The notes beneath the pieces were generated by a model. That model was given only the letters and a program-made list of their open reading frames with translations, did not search any database and was not told the DNA's origin. Of a stretch of 32,000 nt of DNA, positions 1 to 9,773 are shown piece by piece. Source of the stretch: Archaeoglobus fulgidus DSM 4304 (GTDB lineage Archaea > Halobacteriota > Archaeoglobi > Archaeoglobales > Archaeoglobaceae); assembly GCF_000008665.1 (NCBI RefSeq), contig NC_000917.1, positions 990,001-1,022,000 on the forward strand, given 5' to 3'. Made by a program: the position numbers and the translations under genes. Position 1 is the first letter of the stretch, and every line of letters starts with the position of its first letter.

Positions 1-1
1 A

Positions 2-283
2 CCCGTCTCCAAGACCTACACTCTCCACCAGATAACCCAGTTCCTGCAGGATGAGGAGTTTCAGGGCTTTGATGGCAATGGAAACTATGACACAGTAATT
101 TTCCTCGGCTTCCTCCCGTACTACCTCTCAAGGATGCTGTCATCGCTGAAGCACTTCTCCAAGATTACAACCATAGCCATAGACGAGTTCTACCAGCCGC
201 ACGCAAAGTTCAGCTTTACCAATCTAACGAAGGACAGAGAGCTCTACTACAGCATGCTTCAGGAGGTTCTCGACAACCTTTAA
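2..283 (+). CDS. hypothetical protein, C-terminal part (5' end outside window)
   Basis: Frame is open from the window edge to TAA at 281-283 (...ELYYSMLQEVLDNL*) and is followed by a T-rich tract. No family recognised. Confidence 0.45.
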   Translation, partial: PVSKTYTLHQITQFLQDEEFQGFDGNGNYDTVIFLGFLPYYLSRMLSSLKHFSKITTIAIDEFYQPHAKFSFTNLTKDRELYYSMLQEVLDNL

Positions 284-307
284 TTCTTTTTTATTTTATG
301 AAAGCCT

Positions 308-547
308 ATGTCGGTTATGGATGAGAAGGCAAAGGCAATGCTGATGCTCGGCGTGCTGAACGATGCCTTTGGCGATATCAGGAACATGATTTACTACCTT
401 CAGGATTTCATTTACTCGCATCCCGACTGGGCGGAGGATTTTGAGAAATTGGGTTTGAATGACGTGCTTAATGCGGCGAGGGAGCTGGAAAAACTCACGC
501 TGGAGAAAATGGATTTGCTTAAGAGGATAGCTGAGGGAAAGGAGTAA
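308..547 (+). CDS. small helical hypothetical protein (79 aa)
   Basis: ATG ORF on the same strand as, and 30 nt upstream of, the next gene. Charged, helical composition. No family recognised. The antisense ORF 296-616 is hydrophobic and low-complexity. Confidence 0.4.
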   Translation: MSVMDEKAKAMLMLGVLNDAFGDIRNMIYYLQDFIYSHPDWAEDFEKLGLNDVLNAARELEKLTLEKMDLLKRIAEGKE

Positions 548-577
548 AAAATTTAAAATACAACACAAAATATTAAT

Positions 578-1126
578 GTGTACTGTGGAATAGATGTCGG
601 GCTCAAGAAGTGCCATGCAGCTTTGATTTCTGACAGGCTTGAGTTTGTTGGGGATTACACTGAGCTTGATCTGGATAATGTTAGGGTTACTGGAATAGAT
701 GCGCCTCTCAGCTTCCCAGCAAAAGGCTCGCTGAGGGAGTGCGAGAGGCTGCTTTTGAAAATGGGAATCAGGCTTTTCCCCTCAGGAGCACCCTTTTTCA
801 GGGGGATTGCGCTTAGAGGAATGGAGATTGCGGAAGAGCTGAGGAGTAAGGGCGTGGAGGTTTACGAGGTTTACCCCTACGCAACGAGGGTGATTCTTAA
901 CATCGCTCCGAAGGCGAAGAAGCATACAAAAAGCGGGCTTGAGGAGATAAGGGCAGAGCTTTCGAGATGGGTGGAGATTCCAGAGCTTTCGCATGATGAG
1001 GTTGATGCGGTAATAGCTGCGCTGACAGTAAAGCTGTTCTCCGAGGGCATGGGAGTGAAGCTGGAGGGGATTGACGGCTCCATTGTGGTGCCAAAGGGCA
1101 GAGTGCAGCTTAGCCTGAATCCATAA
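578..1126 (+). CDS. DUF429-family protein (RNase H-like fold, predicted nuclease)
   Basis: GTG start. N-terminal GIDVG, internal GIDAPLSFP...RECE and C-terminal HDEVDAVIAALTV motifs are typical of DUF429 as I remember the family. Confidence 0.65.
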   Translation: MYCGIDVGLKKCHAALISDRLEFVGDYTELDLDNVRVTGIDAPLSFPAKGSLRECERLLLKMGIRLFPSGAPFFRGIALRGMEIAEELRSKGVEVYEVYPYATRVILNIAPKAKKHTKSGLEEIRAELSRWVEIPELSHDEVDAVIAALTVKLFSEGMGVKLEGIDGSIVVPKGRVQLSLNP

Positions 1127-1156
1127 ACTTTAAATCAGAACTGCCAGAGGCTTACC

Positions 1157-2023
1157 ATGAAAATTTCACCCCTCTGCCCCTCATGCCTTCTCGGCAGGGT
1201 TTACTACGAAGCGAAGCTTGTCACTGACGATGAGGATTTAATCTCACAATGCGTTGATGAGTCCCTTAAAATTCTCGCCGAGAACTACTCATCACGCCCG
1301 ATAAACGCTCACCTTGCAACGCGAATCCACAGGAGGGTTTACGAGATTCTCGGCGTTGAAGATCCTTACGCGGAGGTGAAGGCCAGAGCCAACGAGGTGG
1401 CGAGGCAGGTTCTACCTCTTGCAAAAGAAATCGTTGAAGGCTCCGACGACCCCTTCAAGACTGCTGTGATAGTCTCTATAGTGGGAAACAATTTTGATTA
1501 CGGCGTGCAGGGGCACAAAGTTGTTGAGGAGGAGTTCAGGGATTTCCTCAAGAGAAAAGTTCAAGAAGGGCTGAAGATTAACGACACCGAAAGAATAAAG
1601 GAGCTAAGCAGTGGAAAGGTTGTTTATCTGACCGACAACGCGGGTGAGATTTTCTTCGACACCCTCTTAATGAAAGAGATTAAGAGGCGCTGCGAGAAGC
1701 TGACTGCTGTGGTGAGGGGCAGGCCAATCATCAGCGACGCCACCATTGAAGATGCGAGGCTGGCGAGAGTTGATAAGATAGCAGACGAGCTACTGACAAA
1801 CGGGAAGGGGGCTATAGGCATAATAATGGACGAGCTTCCCGACGAAACCAGAAAAGCCTTAGAGGAAGCTGATTTGATTGTTGCGAAGGGAATGGCCAAC
1901 TACGAGTGCCTTTCTGATGGCAGCTTAAAGCCGATAGCTTTCCTTTTAACAGCAAAATGCGAGCCTGTTGCGAGAGACATTGGCGTTAACGTTGGAGATA
2001 TGGTGGCAAAGGTGGTCGAATGA
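1157..2023 (+). CDS. DUF89 / ARMT1-like damage-control phosphatase family protein
   Basis: 288 aa. N-terminal CxxC (CPSCLLGR), DNAGEIFFD metal-binding motif and C-terminal KGMANYE motif are characteristic of DUF89. Confidence 0.85.
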   Translation: MKISPLCPSCLLGRVYYEAKLVTDDEDLISQCVDESLKILAENYSSRPINAHLATRIHRRVYEILGVEDPYAEVKARANEVARQVLPLAKEIVEGSDDPFKTAVIVSIVGNNFDYGVQGHKVVEEEFRDFLKRKVQEGLKINDTERIKELSSGKVVYLTDNAGEIFFDTLLMKEIKRRCEKLTAVVRGRPIISDATIEDARLARVDKIADELLTNGKGAIGIIMDELPDETRKALEEADLIVAKGMANYECLSDGSLKPIAFLLTAKCEPVARDIGVNVGDMVAKVVE

Positions 2024-2595
2024 ACCCGAGGGAGAGGGCACTGGTTGACCTCTTCGCAGCGATGGAGGGGCTTGCCGGCCCTGCCTTTGAGTGCACCTAC
2101 TACCCCTGCCACTTTGATGGACAGGATTGCTCAATCTGCTACTGTCCCTTCTATCCCTGCCTGCTCTACCGCCTTGGAGGTGAGATAATCGTCTCTTCCG
2201 ATGGCAGATACGTATGGAGCTGCAGGAACTGCCACTGGATTCACGAAAAGGAGAACGTTGAGGAGGTTCTTGCTTACTTCTCTGCCTTTCCCCGCCAGCT
2301 GCTTGTTGAAGCTGACTGGAGCTTTTTCACGAAAAGCCTTCAGGAAATCCTCTTCGGCGAGGAAATTGGCTTTGAGAATGGCAGAGCTTATGATTTGACT
2401 CCTGCCAACATTCAGGGCTTTGAGTGCGAGCCCTTGGCGGAGGGGGAGTTTCTGGACGTTACCATTGAAAACTTTTCGATTACCTCCGTAAAAAGGCTCA
2501 GCAATCCTGAGGAGGCTGAGGGGGTTATAATTCCGGAGAAGTCCGGGAGAAATCTTATCGGTTATCTGGATGGGTTCGTGAAATGCAGGTTCTGA
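2020..2595 (+). CDS. cysteine-rich small-domain protein (probable metal or Fe-S binding) with an uncharacterised C-terminal domain
   Basis: ATGA overlap with the DUF89 stop. Cys cluster CTYYPCHFDGQDCSICYCPFYPC...CRNCHWIH in the first 75 aa. Confidence 0.65.
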   Translation: MNPRERALVDLFAAMEGLAGPAFECTYYPCHFDGQDCSICYCPFYPCLLYRLGGEIIVSSDGRYVWSCRNCHWIHEKENVEEVLAYFSAFPRQLLVEADWSFFTKSLQEILFGEEIGFENGRAYDLTPANIQGFECEPLAEGEFLDVTIENFSITSVKRLSNPEEAEGVIIPEKSGRNLIGYLDGFVKCRF

Positions 2596-3044
2596 CGACA
2601 TCCAGGAAGCCGGGCAGAAAGACGAGGAGGTTTGCGAAGGTTCTGGCGAGGTTTTTCAACTGGAAATACGTCAACAGGGGTAAGCTTAGCTTGGAGGATT
2701 TGGCGGGGATTGCGGAGAGGTTTTGGATAATCTCGGAGGTGAAGGGTAATCCCGCAATACTGAATCTTTACGAAAGGGGAGAGAAGACGCTTGAGGTAAG
2801 CTTCACGCTGAGCAACGTGAACAAGATCAAGATGGATGACAGTCCAGCCGTCTTCAAGGGCAAAGCCCCCATTGACCCTCTTGTTTTTGGTGCGATACCC
2901 CAAACAAAAGCGGGTTTAAAGCTGACGAGAAAGGTGGAGTTCAGGAAAAAGGTTGTCGTTAAGGGGGATGAATGGCTCTTTTTTTACGATGATGAAATGC
3001 TTTTCAAACTCAGAATTTTAAAAATCAGCCGAAGCTCTCGCTGA
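2583..3044 (+). CDS. Brix/IMP4-domain ribosome biogenesis protein (archaeal)
   Basis: The N-terminus (LTTSRKPGRKTRRFAKVLARFF) matches the archaeal Brix-domain signature (TTSRKP..R.R.F). 153 aa. The start overlaps the upstream gene by 13 nt. Confidence 0.75.
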   Translation: MQVLTTSRKPGRKTRRFAKVLARFFNWKYVNRGKLSLEDLAGIAERFWIISEVKGNPAILNLYERGEKTLEVSFTLSNVNKIKMDDSPAVFKGKAPIDPLVFGAIPQTKAGLKLTRKVEFRKKVVVKGDEWLFFYDDEMLFKLRILKISRSSR

Positions 3045-3465
3045 AGTCAACGAACTCCTGCGGGATTTCATCCTCTCCTGCTTCGTCCATGACGTCTTCT
3101 TCCACGTATATCGGGCATGAGGTTCTCACGGCAATCGCAATGCTGTCGCTCGGTCTCGCATCAATCTCTATTGTTTTATCGTTCTGGCTCAAAATAAGCC
3201 TGGCGTAGAAGGTGTTGTCTATGAGGTCGTCTATAATCACCTTTTCAATTCTTGCGTTCAGCTTGCCGATTATATCGATAAGCAGGTCGTGAGTCATGGG
3301 GCGCGGAGGAACAAATCCGCGCAGAGCGGAATAAATCGAAAAGGCCTCGGCATGACCTATGTATATGGGCAAAACTCTGCCGTCCTCAGTTCTTAGGACA
3401 ACTACAGGAGTTACGCCAAAGGCGGTTTTGACTCCGAACAGTCCGTAAACTTCAGCCACTAGCAC
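3025..3465 (-). CDS. bifunctional nuclease (BFN/DUF151) family protein
   Basis: Motifs PIYIGHAEA...RPMTHDL...ARPSDSIAIA are typical of the DUF151 DNase/RNase domain. 146 aa. Confidence 0.75.
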   Translation of the reverse strand: MLVAEVYGLFGVKTAFGVTPVVVLRTEDGRVLPIYIGHAEAFSIYSALRGFVPPRPMTHDLLIDIIGKLNARIEKVIIDDLIDNTFYARLILSQNDKTIEIDARPSDSIAIAVRTSCPIYVEEDVMDEAGEDEIPQEFVDFSESFG

Positions 3466-3500
3466 AGAATCTGGTATGTCACTAAAATATTAAACACTTT

Positions 3501-4007
3501 CTACGAGTCAATGTTCTCCCCCTTGTAAACCCCCTCGTACCCTTTGGTCGGTGAGGAGAGCCTTATGAACACAAGCTGAATGATTCTGGCGTTCCTCGAA
3601 AGCCATATCCCGTAATCGTTGTGTACAACTATGCTCACTTCACTCCTCCCCTCGTATCCAGCGTCCCAGACTGCGGTGAGAACGTTTGCTCCACATCTGA
3701 TAAGCGTTGACCTCGGACGGGCTATTGCCATAATATCGTTTCCCAGCCTGACAACTTCATTCAGTTTCGCTCTGTAAACGCCTTTGGGAAGGTAAACCCA
3801 ATCTCTGAATTCCACCTCCTCAAGCTCAGGTAGCTCTCTTCTGCTGTTGTCGAAGTCAACCCTACCACAACCTCTCAACCTGTAAACGCTTCTCAGAGTG
3901 CAGTCAAAACCGTTGGGCTGAATCTGCGTCTCCAAATCTACGTAGTCCCTGATTAACCCCTCTTTCTGAATCAACTTCCTGATCTCATCCCCGCTCAGAA
4001 CCGCCAT
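3501..4007 (-). CDS. dut: dCTP deaminase/dUTPase superfamily protein, probable archaeal dUTPase
   Basis: 168 aa. N-terminal LSGDEIRKLI and ARPRSTLIRCG...VWDAGYEG motifs. The dCTP-deaminase TLE catalytic motif is missing, which favours dUTPase. Confidence 0.7.
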   Translation of the reverse strand: MAVLSGDEIRKLIQKEGLIRDYVDLETQIQPNGFDCTLRSVYRLRGCGRVDFDNSRRELPELEEVEFRDWVYLPKGVYRAKLNEVVRLGNDIMAIARPRSTLIRCGANVLTAVWDAGYEGRSEVSIVVHNDYGIWLSRNARIIQLVFIRLSSPTKGYEGVYKGENIDS

Positions 4008-4029
4008 GCAGCGGTTTTGTGGGAAGGAG

Positions 4030-4374
4030 TTATTTCTTTTTCCTCAAGATGTCGGGGTAGTCAACGTAGTATGCGTCGATGTAGTCGTACTTCCCCGTTA
4101 TCTTTGCAACCTCGACGGCAATTATGTGCGCACACGGGGATTTCCCCTTTAAATTTACAAGAAAATCGGGGCAGGTGCAGAACCCTCCCTCAACGACGTA
4201 TTCTTCCTTCCCCACAACCACAAAAAAGTCCTTGTACCTCTTGACCTTGCTCCTCTTCAAATACTCAAAGGCCTTGTCCCCCCTCTTTCCGAAGCTCAGC
4301 AGCAGCGCCTTGTAAAGCTCGTACTCACTGCCGCTCCTCGCTGCCTTTTCCACTTCACTCGGTAGGGGCATCAA
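4030..4374 (-). CDS. SWIM-type zinc-finger protein
   Basis: CxC-x(n)-CxH pattern CTCPDFLVNLKGKSPCAHIIAV near the C-terminus. 114 aa. Confidence 0.75.
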   Translation of the reverse strand: MMPLPSEVEKAARSGSEYELYKALLLSFGKRGDKAFEYLKRSKVKRYKDFFVVVGKEEYVVEGGFCTCPDFLVNLKGKSPCAHIIAVEVAKITGKYDYIDAYYVDYPDILRKKK

Positions 4375-4906
4375 TCTTGCTTAACTCAAGAACGGAGCTT
4401 ATTGCGTCAATCCCGTCAATCCAGCTAATTACTGCACTGTCTTCAGGAATGTCCAGCTCGGGAAGCTGCTCACCCTTGATAACCTTCGCTCCCATCTGAG
4501 CAACTGCGTTGAGTGAGCCCTCGTAGTCTCCGCTCTGCTCCTTTTTCAAAGCATCTTTGAGCAGAGCCTCAAAGCTCTTTTTGCTGATTTTGCCCTCAAA
4601 GTAGAGCCTGAAAGACAGCAGAACGGCCTTGATGCTTTCCAGAGTGAACTGGAAGAGCTCGTTTTTGAGCTCATCTCCGAAGTCGTGGTTGGGAATCAGC
4701 CCTAAAATCTTCTCCACTTCCTTCACCGCGTCAGCCTTCCTGATTTCCCTTTCCTTGACGGCCCTTATTATGCTGAGGCAGGCAATTATGACGTCTTCGA
4801 GCATCTGATCAAATACCGCGAAAGTTTCCGGATTGTCCTCATCAAGTTCCGTTTCAGCTATCTTGTTTACCCAGTTGCTGAACCTTGACTGGCTGTAGAA
4901 CTCCAT
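4355..4906 (-). CDS. conserved archaeal helical protein (DUF2150-like, low certainty)
   Basis: The ORF is open to 4972, but the N-terminal 22 codons are AT-rich promoter-like sequence. The internal ATG at 4906 (MEFYSQSRFSNWVNKI...) is the more likely start. The 3' end overlaps the SWIM gene start by 20 nt. Confidence 0.5.
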   Translation of the reverse strand: MEFYSQSRFSNWVNKIAETELDEDNPETFAVFDQMLEDVIIACLSIIRAVKEREIRKADAVKEVEKILGLIPNHDFGDELKNELFQFTLESIKAVLLSFRLYFEGKISKKSFEALLKDALKKEQSGDYEGSLNAVAQMGAKVIKGEQLPELDIPEDSAVISWIDGIDAISSVLELSKIDAPTE

Positions 4907-4977
4907 AAAATAAAACCTAATACTAAGGTTATAAGGATTTTGACAAAAATTTTTCAACTCCTCTTTCAACAATCGAC

Positions 4978-6421
<1,444 letters not shown>

Positions 6422-6435
6422 TTTCCCACCTCCAT

Positions 6436-6774
6436 TTACTCGGCAGCGCCAGCTTCAGCCTCCTCAGCTTCTTCAGCCTGCTCCTCAACCTTGTTTCTCT
6501 CGATTATGTGCTCCTCCTCTATCTTCTGCAGGTCTTCAACCGTGTCGTAGATTTTAACGTAGCACTTCGCCTCTGTTTTGCCAAATTCGGTTTTTATGTA
6601 GTCCACAACAACTCTTTCCGGCTCGGCGTTCATCAGCCCCGCTATTTTGCCCCTGACCTCCTTTCTGGAGGGTGTTTTTCCCTCGAAGCTCAGTCTGCAG
6701 TAAACCTCTCTCCTCCTCAGCAGAGGGTTGTGCCTTTCTTTCTCAACGTAAACCTCCAAGTCAATCACCTCCAA
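6436..6774 (-). CDS. rps24e: 30S ribosomal protein S24e (eS24)
   Basis: NPLLRRREV...[17 protein letters not shown] matches the eS24 signature, with an acidic C-terminal tail. The longest ORF starts at TTG 6774. TTG at 6759 ([14 protein letters not shown]), preceded by GGAGGTGA, is a plausible alternative start. Confidence 0.9.
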
Positions 6775-7321
6775 GCAAGTACTTCAACTCATCACATTCT
6801 CCGATTATCTCCATCTTGTTAAGCAGGTTGAGTATTAGAACTTTCTTCTCCTCGTCAACCTTCAATGCCACGACACCCTCTCCCGGCTGACCGTAAAGGA
6901 TCAAAGCTCCAAGAGGGAGCAATTTTACGAGTGGGACAACTGCAAGGTCCTCCTCACCGTCAACAAACACGAGAACCTTCTTTCCATCTTCGCACAGCTT
7001 TAAGGCTTTGAGGAGGGCGGAAATAAGCTCGCAGGATATGTGAGCGGGAGGATTGGTTGTTTCGATTACTTCATCGAAAGCCTCCTGTTCGAACTCAACA
7101 TTTTCCTCTCTCAGCGTTTTTCCGTCGGCAACAGCCAAATCTGGAGTTAGACCGACTTTGATGGCTGAAGCGGTCACCAAATCTCCGACTGTGCAAAAGG
7201 GCTTTGCTTCCGAGATTTCCTCCACCTCAAGCAGCAGTTTCTCCCCCTTGCCCCTGTAAAGCTTCCCGTGCGGTTTTGCAAGCTCTTCGCGCATGCTCTC
7301 AGGAAGTCTAAGCCCCTTCAT
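6761..7321 (-). CDS. DUF359 protein, GTP-dependent dephospho-CoA kinase family (archaeal DPCK)
   Basis: 186 aa. The LAKPHG.LY...TVGD...PDLAV.DGKT.R pattern is typical of DUF359. Sits in the conserved position between spt4 and rps24e. Confidence 0.75.
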
Positions 7322-7506
7322 CCTACTCTCAGGGCGTATTTGCCCGGTATTTTGATTTCGAGCCTCTTTGCAATCTCGCTCTTTTCGGGGTCAACAATTA
7401 CGACGTAACCGTACCACTCCTTCGTCAGGTCAGTGCTTCCGCAATTTCTGCAGATGTTGGTGTCAACATTTATGAACCTGCAGTTCTTGCATGCAAGCTC
7501 GGCCAT
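7318..7506 (-). CDS. spt4: transcription elongation factor Spt4 (RNA polymerase subunit E'')
   Basis: About 62 aa with zinc ribbon CKNC...CRNC. Immediately downstream of rpoE, with a 1-nt stop/start overlap. ATG at 7506 is preferred over TTG at 7509. Confidence 0.85.
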
Positions 7507-8075
7507 CAAACCCCACTCTCCTTCATGAGCTTCTCAATCTCCTCCTCAATCCACTTCAGCGCCCCAAGCCAGGGCTGCCTCATGGTGAGACCAATCTTGC
7601 TCTTCTCAGGCTCTCTCTCCTTGAGGCTGAGCGAAACGATTCTTGCCCTTACCTTGTCACCCTCCTGAAGAACCTTTTTAGTTTCCCTCCCCACCAGCCT
7701 CTTGTTCTTCTCGTCAAACACCATGTAGTCATCGGTAACCTGACTCATGTGCAGAAGAGCGTCGAATGGGCCGATGGAAACGAACGCTCCGAACTCTACG
7801 ATTTCGATGACCTCCCCCTCCACGACCTCTTGGTGGAGCGGTCTGAAGCATATAGCATTGAAAACGACGTCGAAGTAAACTCCTCCGTCCCCTTCAATAA
7901 TTCTGCCCTCTCCTATCTCTTCTATGCTTTCGATGCCTATGATCATTCCGTACTCTCTGTCGAGCCTGCCCTCAAACTGCTCCCAGAGGAGGGAGTTGAT
8001 TACCTTTTCAATATCCTCTCCAAGCTTTGATGGAGGAACCCTAACAGTATCTCTGAGTTTTATACGGGCGTACAT
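7506..8075 (-). CDS. rpoE: DNA-directed RNA polymerase subunit E' (Rpo7)
   Basis: 189 aa. Rpo7 N-terminal domain followed by an S1 domain (GEVIEIVEFGAFVSIGPFDALLHMSQV). Confidence 0.9.
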   Translation of the reverse strand: MYARIKLRDTVRVPPSKLGEDIEKVINSLLWEQFEGRLDREYGMIIGIESIEEIGEGRIIEGDGGVYFDVVFNAICFRPLHQEVVEGEVIEIVEFGAFVSIGPFDALLHMSQVTDDYMVFDEKNKRLVGRETKKVLQEGDKVRARIVSLSLKEREPEKSKIGLTMRQPWLGALKWIEEEIEKLMKESGV

Positions 8076-8137
8076 AAAATCATCACCGCAGCCTTTGCTG
8101 GGTCGGGAAGCAATATAAATTTAACTAAGAATGTAAA

Positions 8138-8674
8138 TCAAACCCAGGCCTCATCGATTTTGCTGAAAAGCTTAACTATGAAATCCACGCTCCTGGAAGT
8201 AAACTCAGCCACAACCCTCGCGTAAGCTTCAGATAAAGTCTCGTTGTCTGAGTACGGGTAACTTCCGTTCTGCAGAACCTCGCTCTCCTTCCTCAGAATC
8301 AAAGTCAGCCCCTTGCTTCCGTTTACGTCGCCGAAAACAACGGTGCTGTTCTCACCAAGCGAGTTAATAGCATCACCAACTTTTGAGGACAGTTCCTGCG
8401 ATTTTGAGACTTCATCAAGGAGAGCTGTAGTTACTTCGTTGTTCACTGCCATAACGGCCAGCGCTCCGTAAATCACTCCCCAGAGATTCTGATAAACCGA
8501 ATCACTGCCGGAATTGTCGAGAATCTCAACGAATTTGTTGCTCATTTCAAGGTTGGAAATCGTGTTCTTCAGAAGCACAACCGCAAGCTGCTCGGCATCC
8601 ATGGAGAAGTCTTCAGCCAAAGCAACCGGCGTGAGAATAAGCAGAGCCAGCGATGCCACCAGCAGTTTCTTCAT
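8138..8674 (-). CDS. secreted hypothetical protein (signal peptide)
   Basis: N-terminal MKKLLVASLALLILTPVALA signal-like segment. Several N-x-S/T sequons. No family recognised. Confidence 0.55.
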   Translation of the reverse strand: MKKLLVASLALLILTPVALAEDFSMDAEQLAVVLLKNTISNLEMSNKFVEILDNSGSDSVYQNLWGVIYGALAVMAVNNEVTTALLDEVSKSQELSSKVGDAINSLGENSTVVFGDVNGSKGLTLILRKESEVLQNGSYPYSDNETLSEAYARVVAEFTSRSVDFIVKLFSKIDEAWV

Positions 8675-8785
8675 GCTATATGATGTTCTTTAACCAATAT
8701 AAGCTTTAAGTTGAGTTGATGATTATTAGAGTGAGCATTTTTATCTGAGCAAAAAATTTAAATTATTGAAGTGTTATGACAGAGC

Positions 8786-9208
8786 ATGAGATTGAGATGG
8801 CAAACCATAGTTCTTTTACTGCTGATACTCGGAGGAGCGTCGGCATCTGCAGTGTACTTTTCGATGAAGGGAAATATAGATGTGATTGAAGACGCGATAT
8901 CTGTTTCTCCTGCAAGCTTCAGCATCGACATTGCGAAAGGGGCGCACTACGTGAAGGAGGTTAAGGTGAAAAATTCCGGGGGAGAGGCTGAGATTTACTT
9001 CGAAGACATTGTTGAAGGTCCAGACAAGAGTGCCATCGACGTCTCCTTCCACACCGAAAGTGGAGAGAGCATTTCAAGCTCAAATAAGCTCAGATTGCCT
9101 GCAGGCACAGCTGACAGCCCTTCTGAAACTGTAATTCACGTTCACATCGATGTTGACGATGATGCTCCTACAGGCAGCTACGCCATCTACATCCACGCCA
9201 AGCAATGA
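8786..9208 (+). CDS. small secreted beta-sandwich-like protein with a SipW/TasA-type-like signal peptide
   Basis: N-terminal hydrophobic segment ending GGASASAVYFS. The mature part has a CARDB/Ig-like pattern (VKVKNSGGEAEIYFE ... TGSYAIYIH). Confidence 0.55.
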   Translation: MRLRWQTIVLLLLILGGASASAVYFSMKGNIDVIEDAISVSPASFSIDIAKGAHYVKEVKVKNSGGEAEIYFEDIVEGPDKSAIDVSFHTESGESISSSNKLRLPAGTADSPSETVIHVHIDVDDDAPTGSYAIYIHAKQ

Positions 9209-9241
9209 AAAACCTTAAATTTTTTTGTGAGAAGATGGGGA

Positions 9242-9739
9242 ATGGCAAAAATTGCGGTGGTGTCCTTAGGAGGGGCAGGAACGAGCATAATGAGAGAAAT
9301 GCTAGGCATAGCCTCTGATTTTGATGCTTACAACGTCAATGAGAGGAGAACGCTTAAAAATGCAAGGTACTTCGGTTACGAGGAGATGGAGGCTCTGGCG
9401 GAGGAGCTTTCCGGCTACGACTGCATCATTTTCACAGCAGGCCTTGGATCGAGAAGCGGGGACGCTTTAGTGGATTTGTACGGGATGCTCGATGGTGTTA
9501 GGAGGCTCTGCTTCCTCGTGACTCCTTTCTACTTTGAAATCGAGAGGTTGATGAGGTCGAGAGCGCAGCTAGGCAAGATTATGACCGAAGATTTTGAAGG
9601 GGCTGTTCTCACGCTGAATTCTCTTCTGCGGGATATGGAGGAGGCTGAGCCAAGCAAAAGCAAGCTGGAGAAACTTGTAAGAAGGTTTGACAGAGAAGTG
9701 GCCAGCCTTATTGTGGAAATGATGCAGGAGGTAAGATAA
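9242..9739 (+). CDS. FtsZ/tubulin-like GTPase-domain-only protein (degenerate nucleotide-binding loops)
   Basis: IAVVSLGGAGTSIMREML resembles the FtsZ T1 region (GVGGGGSNAV). DCIIFTAGLGSRSGD...LCFLVTPFYFEIERLMRSRAQLG resembles the T4 signature through the H5 region ([13 protein letters not shown]...VVTRPFSFEG..R...A). ATG at 9242 is preferred over GTG at 9227. Confidence 0.5.
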   Translation: MAKIAVVSLGGAGTSIMREMLGIASDFDAYNVNERRTLKNARYFGYEEMEALAEELSGYDCIIFTAGLGSRSGDALVDLYGMLDGVRRLCFLVTPFYFEIERLMRSRAQLGKIMTEDFEGAVLTLNSLLRDMEEAEPSKSKLEKLVRRFDREVASLIVEMMQEVR

Positions 9740-9773
9740 AAAAGTTTATTTTTCTGAGACACCATTTTCTTCG

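Noticed and set aside
296-616. 106-aa minus-strand ORF antisense to the 308-547 small ORF
   Set aside because: Leu/Ile/His-rich, low-complexity translation. It spans the intergenic spacer and the start of the next plus-strand gene. Most likely a shadow ORF.
2131-2601. 156-aa minus-strand ORF
   Set aside because: Fully antisense to the Cys-rich protein gene, whose conserved Cys pattern supports the plus strand. No recognisable family.
7491-8030. 179-aa plus-strand ORF
   Set aside because: Antisense shadow of rpoE (clear Rpo7/S1 domain on the minus strand). Leu/Pro/Ser-rich translation.
8717-8748. C/D-box sRNA-like elements (TGATGA at 8717-8722, CTGA at 8745-8748) in the divergent spacer
   Set aside because: The boxes are only 22 nt apart, there are no C'/D' boxes or terminal stem, and the span is too short for an archaeal C/D sRNA. 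The other TGATGA occurrences in the window are inside coding regions.
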